64,000 bases of DNA from a virus (lineage: Duplodnaviria; Caudoviricetes). The notes under the pieces are model-generated. The model was not told where the DNA came from and did no database searches. It was given only the letters and a program-made list of their open reading frames with translations. The stretch spans positions 1 through 64,000 of the IMG/VR virus record IMGVR_UViG_3300044259_000047. One strand, 5' to 3'. The position numbers and the translations under genes were made by a program. Within the stretch, counting starts at the first letter, position 1. Every line of letters begins with the position of its first letter. Positions 47,956 through 57,846 of this stretch are shown in pieces.

Positions 47956-48486
47956 TTAACCGTTAATTCTCCAACGAGACGGCACTTCATAATCAAGCGC
48001 GGCAAGTGTAGAAACTGTTTCATCAGAAAGTTTAGCGTTACCGCCGTAGTGCGGGGTAAGACTAACAGCGCTAATTTGCCAATTGCGAGTGCCCATGGTA
48101 GTATCAAAACTAACGTCTGGAGTAGTAGCAACAAACGCTTGATTACTTGATGCTACAGTACGTCCGCTATTGTCTTTAATTGTTAGAGCAAAAACGTATG
48201 AGTCTGTAGCGTCCGCTTCGTCAAGAGATTGGATGCGTTGAAAAACATCATTACTTGCTGAATATTGAGCAAGAGTGATATCAATTGTTGAAGCTTTGTT
48301 ACGTCTCTTAGTACGACCAGCACTCAAGTCTGCACCTACATACAATTCACTTGCAGGGGTAATTCTTGAAATGTTAATAAACGTACCATCAGCAAATCCA
48401 GATACAACGTGTACTTGATCGGCAACAGAGATTACTACTTGAATTTCTTCTGGGCTGTATGTACCCAGTACTGAATCATCAGCCAT
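47956..48486 (-). CDS. tail tube protein
   Basis: follows sheath; TYSPEE, GFADGTFI. Confidence 0.85.
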   Translation of the reverse strand: MADDSVLGTYSPEEIQVVISVADQVHVVSGFADGTFINISRITPASELYVGADLSAGRTKRRNKASTIDITLAQYSASNDVFQRIQSLDEADATDSYVFALTIKDNSGRTVASSNQAFVATTPDVSFDTTMGTRNWQISAVSLTPHYGGNAKLSDETVSTLAALDYEVPSRWRING

Positions 48487-48512
48487 ATTATATACCTTTT
48501 GTTGACGTCAAA

Positions 48513-49805
48513 TTACACACTTAGATAGCCCTGGATTACCACCTTTCTGACACTGGCAGCGAACCTTGCACGGAATACAAAAGTGCCCGCAATACGCTGT
48601 GCTCTTTGGTTAGCAGGAATTGACAGGACATCAGGGGCAGTAACGCTCCATCCGGTATCAATCAGGCCATTGGCTTCAGCTTGAGCAAGTACAGAGCGAA
48701 TCTCACCCTCAATGATAGTCATACCCACGTTAGTCATTGGGATTTTGAGGCTATTAATCAAACGGAAATAGATGGCTTCTTGTAGACGAGCATAAAGCCA
48801 GTCTTCACCTACAACGAGGTCGATAGGCTGACCATCGAACATATTACCATTCATGAAAATATCTACACCACCTTTGGCGATGTAATAGTTCCAGTTCTTA
48901 TTCTTAAGATTGGTAATCTGTGTTGGACTAAGGGCGCTGCGAGTTGCACCTACACCACGCTTAAAGTCCCAATCATTAGAGCCTGGGGTTACTGCAAGTT
49001 GGCTACCTGCCCACACAGCTTCTGGATATTCGGTTGCAGCAGTTGCTGACCAAACACCAAAGGTGCGGCCCTCATTACGTGCCGAAAGAATTGCACCAAT
49101 GTCAGTAGTTGCGGTAGTAGGACCAGCAGAATCAGAGCTTGAAATGCCAAAGATCTTGCGTCGTGCTCTAATAGCCTCAGCCAATTCATCTTGTACAGCA
49201 GAGGTTTGATTTGGGGTGAACAAAGCATACCAAGTGTCGTTTTCTACCTCAACAGCAGCCAAGGCATCGGTCCACTCTTCGGCGGATGGAGTATCTACCT
49301 TAGTCAGGTTACTCGATACTGTGATGCTCCAAGGAGTTCCTACTACAGTCGGGGCTACCGTTAGCGTACCGGTGTTATCCGTTACTGTAATACCTGTAGG
49401 CGTACCTATAGCAGTGTCTAGGCCAGCCGTAATCTCAGCAGCAGTTGCAGTACCGTCTGAGGTGAAGGTATAAGGCGTGTCATTGATTGTTACTGTATAT
49501 ACTGTGTTATTAGCAACGACAGGAGTAAGCGTAACAGAGTCAATTTGCTTTCGACCTACAACAATTGAAGGGGGAACAGCACCCAATACAGTAGATTGAC
49601 CGAACAATTGTTCAGCCATCTCGTGTACAGGATCACCTTCGTTAAAATCTACTTCAACATCTGTGATGTTGTTATATGTACGAGTTCTTTCTGAGAAATT
49701 TGTAAACTCAGCCAAGATCAAAGGAATTTCAAAAGAGGCAGAAGAAACTGCAACTGATTCCCGTGTCAAGGTAATTTGAATAATATCTGAAAGGTCTTCA
49801 GCCAT
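48513..49805 (-). CDS. tail sheath protein (DUF3383-like)
   Basis: PGS..W.FK, DWL.ARL.E, KIP.T..G motifs. Confidence 0.9.
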   Translation of the reverse strand: MAEDLSDIIQITLTRESVAVSSASFEIPLILAEFTNFSERTRTYNNITDVEVDFNEGDPVHEMAEQLFGQSTVLGAVPPSIVVGRKQIDSVTLTPVVANNTVYTVTINDTPYTFTSDGTATAAEITAGLDTAIGTPTGITVTDNTGTLTVAPTVVGTPWSITVSSNLTKVDTPSAEEWTDALAAVEVENDTWYALFTPNQTSAVQDELAEAIRARRKIFGISSSDSAGPTTATTDIGAILSARNEGRTFGVWSATAATEYPEAVWAGSQLAVTPGSNDWDFKRGVGATRSALSPTQITNLKNKNWNYYIAKGGVDIFMNGNMFDGQPIDLVVGEDWLYARLQEAIYFRLINSLKIPMTNVGMTIIEGEIRSVLAQAEANGLIDTGWSVTAPDVLSIPANQRAQRIAGTFVFRARFAASVRKVVIQGYLSV

Positions 49806-49824
49806 TCTCTAGCTTCCTTTGTTA

Positions 49825-50382
49825 TTATGGAATTGGGACGTTTGGTGGAACAGTGAATGTTTGACTTGGGTCTTGTGTTTGGTCTTCAACAATAACAGTT
49901 TCCACGTAATCTACAGGTTGTTGTGTATTAACCACATAAGAGAAGATGAAATCTTGGTTAAAGTATTCAACCCATTGTGTATCTCGTTTCTGTGGTGCTC
50001 TTCTAAGATTAGATTTTCTCATATAACCAAGCCCCTCTTTCCTGAGAGCTTCCATTATAATCGGATTACCATTTAATCTTTGAGTAAAGCTTTGTGCCAT
50101 ATCTCCAGCAGTAGATCCACAGAAGCTAAATTGTACTGTAACTTCATAAGATGCTTGAACACTTACATTTAAAGACGCGTCAAGAAGGCCCGAGGTTTGT
50201 GATCTACCTGTTTGCTGTATTCCTAATATATTGATTACAACAAAAGGCGTTGAAGGCTCACTTCCTCCAGTGTGCGAGAAGAAGATTCCTTTATTTTGTT
50301 CTACGCTGGTTGGGAAGTATTCTATAAGAGCTTGACTTGCTGTTCTAAAAAGAGATTTCCTAACTGTACTATACGCTACCAT
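49825..50382 (-). CDS. tail terminator/neck protein
   Basis: position before sheath, size. Confidence 0.7.
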   Translation of the reverse strand: MVAYSTVRKSLFRTASQALIEYFPTSVEQNKGIFFSHTGGSEPSTPFVVINILGIQQTGRSQTSGLLDASLNVSVQASYEVTVQFSFCGSTAGDMAQSFTQRLNGNPIIMEALRKEGLGYMRKSNLRRAPQKRDTQWVEYFNQDFIFSYVVNTQQPVDYVETVIVEDQTQDPSQTFTVPPNVPIP

Positions 50383-50858
50383 CAGTCATCCCCTCTTTCT
50401 ACTTTAAAGTCTACAGATTCAAGCATCTTACCTGTGTCAATCAATGGGTCGTTGAAACCTTTTTCAGCAACAGTTCTTGCGCTGTTTGGTGGAGTATCCC
50501 AACCAATGATTTCGTTTTGTAATCCTTTAACAAGAACTGGACCCATCTTTGTGTATGCTTGTTTGAATGTAGATTTACCTTCTAAAATAGAAGTGATTGC
50601 ATTCTGGAACAAAGGGACGTACTCAGCAGTTCTAAGTCTTGGCAGGAAGCCAACGCGGATAAAGGGCCTTGGTGGATATTTCACAGGATCGCCTTCTTCC
50701 ATAAATCTGGCCACCGTAGCTACAGGTAAGTTATCATTTTCAGAACTATATCTAGCATCTTCAAAGAAGCCTATTTTTAAAGATTCTTGATTGGCTTGCA
50801 GAAGATTCTTCTTGACCTTTTCCCAACCAGATTTGTCTACTGTGATTTTAACTGACAT
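50382..50858 (-). CDS. neck/tail completion protein
   Basis: P.RPF, PPN...T...KG...PLIDTG motifs. Confidence 0.8.
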   Translation of the reverse strand: MSVKITVDKSGWEKVKKNLLQANQESLKIGFFEDARYSSENDNLPVATVARFMEEGDPVKYPPRPFIRVGFLPRLRTAEYVPLFQNAITSILEGKSTFKQAYTKMGPVLVKGLQNEIIGWDTPPNSARTVAEKGFNDPLIDTGKMLESVDFKVERGDD

Positions 50859-50868
50859 AAGACATTCC

Positions 50869-51237
50869 TTAGTTTGGGGTAAGTGGGATACGAGCGGCCT
50901 TAGCTTCCCAGTGATCACGTACCGACATTTGGTATCTTTGCGTCTTCATGACACGGTATCTCTCATCATTCCAGATAAATTCATCAGCAGCCCAACCACC
51001 AGAACCTTCTTTTAAAGTTCTCATCTCCGAACTACTAAATACCCATACCCATTGCTTTGTTCTGTCTGCTTCGGGCATTATCATATATTCATAGTCACGT
51101 AGTGGCTGAACATTAGCTAGAATATCTACTGTAACTTCTGCACCTTCAACCCAATCCCCTTCAACAAAAGAACCCGGAGACTGTCGATAAAGGGTTAATG
51201 GGGTTTTTCTAACAAGACTAAATTCAGCAATAGACAT
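50869..51237 (-). CDS. head closure protein
   Basis: G.WVEG, ANVQP, position. Confidence 0.75.
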   Translation of the reverse strand: MSIAEFSLVRKTPLTLYRQSPGSFVEGDWVEGAEVTVDILANVQPLRDYEYMIMPEADRTKQWVWVFSSSEMRTLKEGSGGWAADEFIWNDERYRVMKTQRYQMSVRDHWEAKAARIPLTPN

Positions 51238-51239
51238 AC

Positions 51240-51683
51240 TTAAAACCCTTCGTAGTAGTTTATCGCTTCATCATCAGTGCAGTTATCGTGATTATAGGGG
51301 CGTTTACCGTCTCCAAAACCTTGGTATATCTTAGCCTGATTGTTGTCGTTGTTTGCATCGTTCGCCTGCATATCTGACTTACTGATACCACCAGCATATG
51401 CAATTGCAGAAGGAACGTTAAAGTTAGGATCATTCAAAAACGCTTCAAGTGCCTTTCGATAAGCGTTAGCCCAGTCGTTCCATACTTCATAATTACCTGC
51501 CCGTTCGCGGGTTGGCCAACGTGCTAAATAGAACAGGATTGCTCTTGCTGCATCTAATGATGCTCGTCTTACATTACCTTCATATTTATCAAGAAAGTAT
51601 TGATAATCTGCATCTGTGAGAATTTCAGGATCCCCAAAATCGCCAACCGCTAATCTAATAGCTTCAATATCAGATAGTGCCAC
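51240..51683 (-). CDS. head-tail adaptor
   Basis: GGAGG RBS before GTG; IRL.VGD...L.D..Y.YFL, YAGGIS.SDM.AN. Confidence 0.8.
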   Translation of the reverse strand: MALSDIEAIRLAVGDFGDPEILTDADYQYFLDKYEGNVRRASLDAARAILFYLARWPTRERAGNYEVWNDWANAYRKALEAFLNDPNFNVPSAIAYAGGISKSDMQANDANNDNNQAKIYQGFGDGKRPYNHDNCTDDEAINYYEGF

Positions 51684-52659
51684 TGTATACCTCCATATAA
51701 ACTTTATATTTTCGTGGAAGTACCGAAGTCGCACCGCCATAGAGATTTTCTAAGATATGGGACGTGGGTTTTCTACTGCTTAAATTTACAGTATAGATTC
51801 CTTTACCATTTACTCTAACTGATGGGATATAGTCTGGATACACTTTCTGGCAGTAAGTTGAAAAATCCTCACACAGTTCCTTACTTCCGCAAATAGTTAT
51901 TCCATATCTGCCTTCACCCGACAATATATGCCCATCTCCTTCAAAAACACCTCGCCAAAAATGAGGACTATTTTTAAGAGAGTCAGGAACAACTTCTTTT
52001 AAGGATTTGTTTGGTTTTAATCCTAAATGTAAGAGTCTTTCTATTAGTTCAGGTGCCGTGAAGGTGTACGCACAGGTTTTGTAGATATTCCCGGTCCTTG
52101 TGTCCTTTCTATTCCTAATGTAGATGCTTGATGTATTTCCGATATACTCCCTAAGGCGCTCAAGGATAACTACATCTCTACAAGATAACTCAATACCAAC
52201 ACGATAAGTTTCGTTACTTGTCTTAGTTATATATCCATCAGTTAATAACCACCCATAAAAATAAGCAGCAAGTTCTGATTCCATATCTAAAAATGCTTTT
52301 TCATTATATTTAGAATAGTCTTCAACACTTCTTACTGATACATCTTTGGATCTTAAAATTCTGAGTATGGTATCTGGAGAGCAATTATACTCCTTGGATA
52401 ATTCATTAGAAGAGATACCAAGAAGATATTTAAAGCAGATGTCTTCAATTTGGACAGTATCAAACAAGAAACTGGTCGGTCTTTTAAATGAGTATCCAAG
52501 TTTCCTCATTCTAGCTGAAATTGTACTAGCTTTTATCTCTAAAAGTTCAGCTATCTTTTTTAAAGGTAATCCATCAACCTCATGAAGATTTCTTACTACA
52601 GTAGAGAAATCTTTGTCTGCGTTATATCTTACTTCATCAATAGGGGTGCTAATAGCCAT
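51670..52659 (-). CDS. free-standing LAGLIDADG homing endonuclease with N-terminal HTHs
   Basis: AYFYGWLLTDG and FWRGVFEGDG motifs. Confidence 0.88.
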   Translation of the reverse strand: MAISTPIDEVRYNADKDFSTVVRNLHEVDGLPLKKIAELLEIKASTISARMRKLGYSFKRPTSFLFDTVQIEDICFKYLLGISSNELSKEYNCSPDTILRILRSKDVSVRSVEDYSKYNEKAFLDMESELAAYFYGWLLTDGYITKTSNETYRVGIELSCRDVVILERLREYIGNTSSIYIRNRKDTRTGNIYKTCAYTFTAPELIERLLHLGLKPNKSLKEVVPDSLKNSPHFWRGVFEGDGHILSGEGRYGITICGSKELCEDFSTYCQKVYPDYIPSVRVNGKGIYTVNLSSRKPTSHILENLYGGATSVLPRKYKVYMEVYSGTI

Positions 52660-52703
52660 ATTCTCTCCTAAGAATAAAGGAGAGGAGCATAAGCCCCTCT
52701 ATA

Positions 52704-52916
52704 TTACGAACTTGCCATTAGTCCAGCATTTTTAAGTGCTGTGAGTAGGGCGTTAAATTCAGCTTCAGTTGGAGATTCACCGCCAGTTAGTTGAGGGAGA
52801 AATGCAGCTTTGCTAGCACCACCAGCACCTGCATTAACTTCATCAACAACACGATCTACAACATCGAATACATCACCCCAGCTACGTTCTTGTAGCGAAG
52901 TCTTATCAATAGCCAT
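52704..52916 (-). CDS. small head-associated protein
   Basis: EFNALL.ALK.AGLM head-fibre-like motif, after capsid. Confidence 0.65.
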   Translation of the reverse strand: MAIDKTSLQERSWGDVFDVVDRVVDEVNAGAGGASKAAFLPQLTGGESPTEAEFNALLTALKNAGLMASS

Positions 52917-52935
52917 TCTTCTTTCCTCTTATTAA

Positions 52936-52962
52936 GAAATAAAGGGAGGACTTTCACCTCCC
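52936..52962 (-). terminator. intrinsic terminator after capsid gene
   Basis: GGGAGG-7-CCTCCC followed by TTTATTT. Confidence 0.8.
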
Positions 52963-52978
52963 AATATCTAAGTCTTTA

Positions 52979-54019
52979 TTAGGTGCTGGAAGTCAGCTTA
53001 ACAAGAACTTGTGGCTGAGTTGCGAAGTACAGGGGAGAAGTCTCAACTTGCATTTCGTGGAACTCGTCTTTAGGATCGGTGAACTCATATGCAAACATTT
53101 CACGGCCTACACCATTGGCACCAGACAGTTTGTTTGATGGACCGAAGTAGCCACGGAACAGATCACGGACAACAGGTAGTACGTGGCCAGTATCAGTATC
53201 AACAGCAGCTTCAGTAGTGCCGTCAGGAAGTTTGAATACGTGGTCGTAAGTTACGAAAGTAACACCTTTATATTCAAACTGGTCTACAGAACCCCAAGCC
53301 ATGAATTGGTTGGTGGATTCGCGGTTGATGTCACGCTGAGAAGCGTAGTACAGATAAGCTTGACGAATCTGAGGATGGCTTACCAGCTTGTCGAAGAAGC
53401 TACCGTCAACAACAACACGGATACCACCAATAACGCCGCCAGTTTTCAGGTTGGTTTGCAGATAACGCTTAAGTTCGGAGATTTTAGCGTTAACGTCAGT
53501 GGTAGCTGTACCAAGATCAAAATCAATGGTGTGCTGAGTAATACCAAACTCAGTAAACATGTTGGCAAGAACAACACCGTCAGGAGTTGCACAGATACCT
53601 TTAGCTGCTTGCAGCTTCATGTACTCAAGAGTCTGTTCCACTTGGGCACGCATATCCCCCAGTTTTTGTACGCGGACATTGGCCAGAGTCTCTTCTGAAT
53701 CTGGAGTGCCCGGCATACGCCAGCCTTGAATATCTTCAGGAGTGATATAATCACTGTGCTTGAAGTAGCCAAGGGGCAGAGAGAAGGTTTCAACCTTACG
53801 GTCATTACCTTTGGTAGTTTCACGACCACGGCGGCTTACTTGAGGAAGCAGAGTGGTGTCATTCATACTCTTGTCAAAAACAACAGCAGTTTGAGAAATA
53901 CCTTGAGTGCGGAACAGATTCATGCCACCAATCAGGCCAGCAGTGTTATCAAGGTTGTTGATTTCGTCGGTCCAATCTACAAGTTGGAAACCGTTACTTA
54001 GAGAGCGAGTAGTTGCCAT
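52979..54019 (-). CDS. major capsid protein (lambda gpE-like HK97 fold)
   Basis: 346 aa; DIQG.R..G, T.EY....A.KG, ETSPL; strongly biased codons. Confidence 0.92.
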   Translation of the reverse strand: MATTRSLSNGFQLVDWTDEINNLDNTAGLIGGMNLFRTQGISQTAVVFDKSMNDTTLLPQVSRRGRETTKGNDRKVETFSLPLGYFKHSDYITPEDIQGWRMPGTPDSEETLANVRVQKLGDMRAQVEQTLEYMKLQAAKGICATPDGVVLANMFTEFGITQHTIDFDLGTATTDVNAKISELKRYLQTNLKTGGVIGGIRVVVDGSFFDKLVSHPQIRQAYLYYASQRDINRESTNQFMAWGSVDQFEYKGVTFVTYDHVFKLPDGTTEAAVDTDTGHVLPVVRDLFRGYFGPSNKLSGANGVGREMFAYEFTDPKDEFHEMQVETSPLYFATQPQVLVKLTSST

Positions 54020-54040
54020 GTTCTATGTTATCCTTACGGG

Positions 54041-54469
54041 TTAAGCGAATTGTTCAGGCTGATCGATTACTTTGATACCAGCAGCTTCCATTTGTGCGTA
54101 GACAGCAGCAAGTTCAGCAGGCTGATCAACAGAAGCACCGAATACCAGATTTGCCTTACCAACACCAGCAGGACCACGGAACAGAACAACAACGTTAGTG
54201 TCTGTGGTTGCAGCGATGGTTTGTTTGTTGTCACCAACAGGTGAACCAATGTAAATACCCGCAAAGTTCTGGCTACCATCAGAAGCAGAAGCTTCTAGAA
54301 TTTTGTATTTACCAGTTGCAGTAACTTTACCCAGAACAGTACCGATTACATAGTTTTTAATAGCTGCTTCGTTTGCAACCACTACATCACGGCAGTGACC
54401 ATATTCTGGATGATCTTCATATTGCAGTACAGCGCCAAGGCGAGTAGAGCGAGTGTCTAGTTTAGCCAT
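54041..54469 (-). CDS. head decoration protein
   Basis: GTVLGKVTA.GKY..DGSQ motif. Confidence 0.85.
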   Translation of the reverse strand: MAKLDTRSTRLGAVLQYEDHPEYGHCRDVVVANEAAIKNYVIGTVLGKVTATGKYKILEASASDGSQNFAGIYIGSPVGDNKQTIAATTDTNVVVLFRGPAGVGKANLVFGASVDQPAELAAVYAQMEAAGIKVIDQPEQFA

Positions 54470-54488
54470 GTTATCTTATAACTCCTGA

Positions 54489-55433
54489 TTATTGCTTTTT
54501 GGTTTTTTGTTTTTCGATTAGTTTAGCAACAAGGTCAAGACCGGCTTTCTCTTGTTCTACTACCTTACCTTCACCATCAATACCTTTTTCTTTGAAAAGG
54601 TCTGACTCTTGCTCCACTGCTGATTTCTTTTCAAGAGATTTTACAACAACAGCGAAAGCTTCCTCTGGAAGTTCACCAACAGCTTTGAACATCTCTTCAA
54701 CTTCTTCTGAAGGGACATGCTTAGCCAGAGCTTCCTTACGAACAGCAGCAACAGCTTCTTTCTGTGCTTTTTCAATATCTGCCAGTTTATCTAGAGCTTT
54801 TTGAAGCTCAGTTTCTTTTTCTTGAAGTTGTGACTTAAGAATGTCTTCTGCTGCTTTCACAGCCTTTTGGATTTCTTCTTGCAAAGCAAGTACCTCTTTC
54901 TCTTTAGATTTAAACATGTCAACTAGATGTTGGCGTGTAGTTGCATTGTCAAGGGCTTTGGCTACAAGTGTATAAACTCCCTCTTCAAGCTTATCTTCTG
55001 CATCTTCTGACAGAAGCATGTTACCAGTAGCAGGTACATAAGAAAGTACGCTGGTTACGGGATTGGCAAGTTCCCCTAAAGAAACTTCACCATTGACAAC
55101 GGAGTAATCTGTTGACCACAAACCTTTGTCATTACAGAAGATAACAACGTTGTCGTTGAAGTCTTCCACATAAAGCCAATCTTTTTCATCACCATACTTT
55201 TCTTTAACCGCGTTTTGCAGTAAAGTGCGTACTTGAGAATAGAAAGCAGCTTTATTTACATCAGAAAGCCCTAGCGTTTCTAAAGCTTTCTTAATTTCTT
55301 CGGTCATCTCTACATCGCTTTTCATCAACAAAGAGACGTGACGATTATTAGCACTGTAGCCTTGTGCTTGGTGACAGAGGGCTAAATGAGGTGCCAACTT
55401 GTCATCTTCTGACGATTTAATTACAAGAGGCAT
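54489..55433 (-). CDS. capsid scaffolding/assembly protein
   Basis: C-terminal Glu/Lys coiled coil, position before decoration and capsid. Confidence 0.75.
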   Translation of the reverse strand: MPLVIKSSEDDKLAPHLALCHQAQGYSANNRHVSLLMKSDVEMTEEIKKALETLGLSDVNKAAFYSQVRTLLQNAVKEKYGDEKDWLYVEDFNDNVVIFCNDKGLWSTDYSVVNGEVSLGELANPVTSVLSYVPATGNMLLSEDAEDKLEEGVYTLVAKALDNATTRQHLVDMFKSKEKEVLALQEEIQKAVKAAEDILKSQLQEKETELQKALDKLADIEKAQKEAVAAVRKEALAKHVPSEEVEEMFKAVGELPEEAFAVVVKSLEKKSAVEQESDLFKEKGIDGEGKVVEQEKAGLDLVAKLIEKQKTKKQ

Positions 55434-56083
55434 TATTTATCTCCCTCAAATGTTACATTAGTGATCTCACCAGTTTCTTGGTTGATGCGTCCTTTAGCTC
55501 CGATACTAACTCCCGAAACAACACCTTGCTTCTTAAGATTCCAAAGCGTTTCATCGTTGTATTTGATTTTAGCTACCCAAGTACCAGCTTTAATAATCTC
55601 ACCAGTTTGAACTACTTGAACATCAAGTTCTTTTTGAATCCAAGTAGACTCAATAGTAAATGCTTCAGTTTCTTTAAGATGGAACAGATTAGCCTTTACT
55701 ACACCAGCTTCAAGATTTTTATTAAAGCTTTCAGCAGCCTTCTCAATGGTTTTATCGCTCATCCACTCTCCATGAGCATCCTTTACAAAAGGCTCATAGA
55801 TAACTTCGTAGCTAACCATTTTTTCATCAAGAATTTCTGGCTTTTGTTCAGACTCTGTTGCACCGAAAGCTTTCTCAATCATTTCAGAAACACTTTCAAG
55901 AAGGCTTTTTTTAACCTTCTCTTTAGCATTCTTAGCGGCAGCAAGACCTGTAGCAATAGCTCGCCCTTCGTCACCTTCGTATTCTGAAAGTGCAGCGTTT
56001 GCAGCAGCAACAAAAACATCTCTTGCATGACCTTTAAGCTTTTCTGCTGCTGGAGGCAGTTTGTCACTAGCTTTCCAAGGCAT
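55433..56083 (-). CDS. XkdF-like prohead protease with N-terminal ChaB-like domain
   Basis: YEP..DAHGEW, NLFH, GTW, G.SIG; N-terminal MPW..LP...A..VF..A.N. Confidence 0.75.
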   Translation of the reverse strand: MPWKASDKLPPAAEKLKGHARDVFVAAANAALSEYEGDEGRAIATGLAAAKNAKEKVKKSLLESVSEMIEKAFGATESEQKPEILDEKMVSYEVIYEPFVKDAHGEWMSDKTIEKAAESFNKNLEAGVVKANLFHLKETEAFTIESTWIQKELDVQVVQTGEIIKAGTWVAKIKYNDETLWNLKKQGVVSGVSIGAKGRINQETGEITNVTFEGDK

Positions 56084-56839
56084 TATGTATTTTCTCCGTT
56101 AGCGGTTGAACCATCGCCAGAACTACCATCTGCGCTTCCTGTACCTGATGGTATTCCAGAAGTCATACCTTCTCCGGCATTAGATGTAAAGCCTGTTAAT
56201 GTTTCTTGGTAATTTACAAGTTCTTCAGTAGAGTCAATTCTGTCTGGTAATCCAACCCACTCAGCAATCTTATTAAGATTTTGCGGAGTTTTCTGGATAA
56301 GTCCTTGACTACCTGCACGTTGTAGATACTTGGAAATAACATCCAAATCTTCTTCTTTAACTTGAGCAAACTCAAACTTTGGAAGACGTTCTAACGACCA
56401 GCCGTTGAGTAAAAATAGCTGAGGGATAAGGTCATTATTCAGAACATCTTGAATCTCTTTTAGTCGGGATTCAACAGCCATTTGCATGATGCTTGATTTA
56501 CTGTCAGCTAGATTGTAAGAACCGCCTTTACTGTTACCCATTTGCAGTAAATCAGCAAACAGCGCTTGAAGAATTTTGTTGTCCCATCGAGTAACGGCTA
56601 CGTTAGTATCATATTGAGAAGCATTAGGTGGACCTACAAGCTTCCAGTCAAATAGTGGTTTACCTTGATCGTCGTAAAGGCTCGGGAAGACAACACAGGC
56701 TTGTTCATTACTTTGCAGGTTGCGTCCAATACGTTTTACTTCTTCGTAAACAGCCTTCTCTTCTGCTGTAGCGTCTAGAGACATGAACTTAGCAGGAAGT
56801 CTGAAATCAGGAATACCACCCAAACCACGAGTAATTCCG
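56083..56839 (-). CDS. portal protein, exon 2
   Basis: joins exon 1 as EAV-GITRGLGGIP; GS..LADSK, LN.DLIPQL...NGW. Confidence 0.9.
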
Positions 56840-57846
56840 CATTTGTGTTCAGGGAGGGTCGTTAATCCTCCCCCGCTTTATTCAAGCTGCTGCATGTTTC
56901 CATGCAGATCAGACTATATCACCATCTCTTTGAGATGCTTACCATTTCCACCTACTTAGGTGTACTCCCTTGCGGGATAGTCGTTGCACTTTCCACTTCA
57001 ATTATCTGTTTTAGAATTTAAATGGTTTAGAAATTTCTTTGTAAGAATTCCTATTCTTAATGTCGTACACCAAAGCTTTAGTGACCTCGATGTTTTCAGA
57101 CATTTCAAATATTTGCTTTACTGTAAATCCTTCCTCAAGCCTATTGCAAACCCAGAGTATAGTATTTACCGAAACACGCTTCTGCCTAACTTTTGTAAGT
57201 TTATAATCAGAAGAAATATGTTTCCAAGCTGTTCCATTTCTTACTTGTGAAACAAGAGATTTACTGACTTTCAATCTCTCACACACATCTTTATTTCTAA
57301 ATCCTTGTTCCAAAAGACTGCAAATTTCCCTAACCAGAACTTCTTCATTTACATTGTTATAATGACTCTCACCAATATAACTAAGTAAACCGCTCTCACT
57401 AGCGTGTCTTGCATTCTCTTTATGGTCAACCCATTCTAAGTTTTCACATTGATTATTTACTTTATTTCCGTCAATGTGATTGACGAGGGGCTTACCTTCG
57501 GGGTTTGGAACAAAACTTTCAGCAACCAGTCTATGAACACTCTTTTTAACAACAGCCCCGTCCTTGTATCTGATGGTGACTCTGTAGTATCCGCTGTTCG
57601 ACAACTCTTGCTTTAATTCTTTTCTAGGTCCAAATACGTTTCCTTTGTTGTCAACGCTGTAACCTTTACTATTCTCGATAACTTTCTTCATATTAGCCTC
57701 CTACTGGGATTCGGAGATAACTGAAGTGGCTTAGCTCAGGATTGCCCTCGTCTTTACGTTAGGGGTTTCCCTGAATTAGATAAGTTTTGGTAGTTTAAAC
57801 TACCGAGGATTTCATGTCAAATCACTTCAACATGCCGCTGAAATTA
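56840..57846 (-). mobile_element. self-splicing group I intron (IA2-like, 1007 nt) in portal gene
   Basis: P1 GCCGU/GCGGC with U-G at splice site; P AAUUCAGGGAA, Q AAUCCUGAGC, R GCAACGACUAU, S GAUAUAGUCU; terminal G; P10 UAAUUUC/GGAAUUA. Confidence 0.93.
57011..57691 (-). CDS. intron-encoded HNH homing endonuclease
   Basis: VHRLVAESF.PNPE.KP.VNHIDGNK.NN...NLEWV; AGGAGG RBS; enclosed by 15-bp stem. Confidence 0.92.
   Translation of the reverse strand: MKKVIENSKGYSVDNKGNVFGPRKELKQELSNSGYYRVTIRYKDGAVVKKSVHRLVAESFVPNPEGKPLVNHIDGNKVNNQCENLEWVDHKENARHASESGLLSYIGESHYNNVNEEVLVREICSLLEQGFRNKDVCERLKVSKSLVSQVRNGTAWKHISSDYKLTKVRQKRVSVNTILWVCNRLEEGFTVKQIFEMSENIEVTKALVYDIKNRNSYKEISKPFKF

Noticed and set aside
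51670-52659. Intein or intron around the LAGLIDADG ORF
   Set aside because: No Cys/Ser start or His-Asn end, no group I core elements, and the downstream gene has its own RBS and start.
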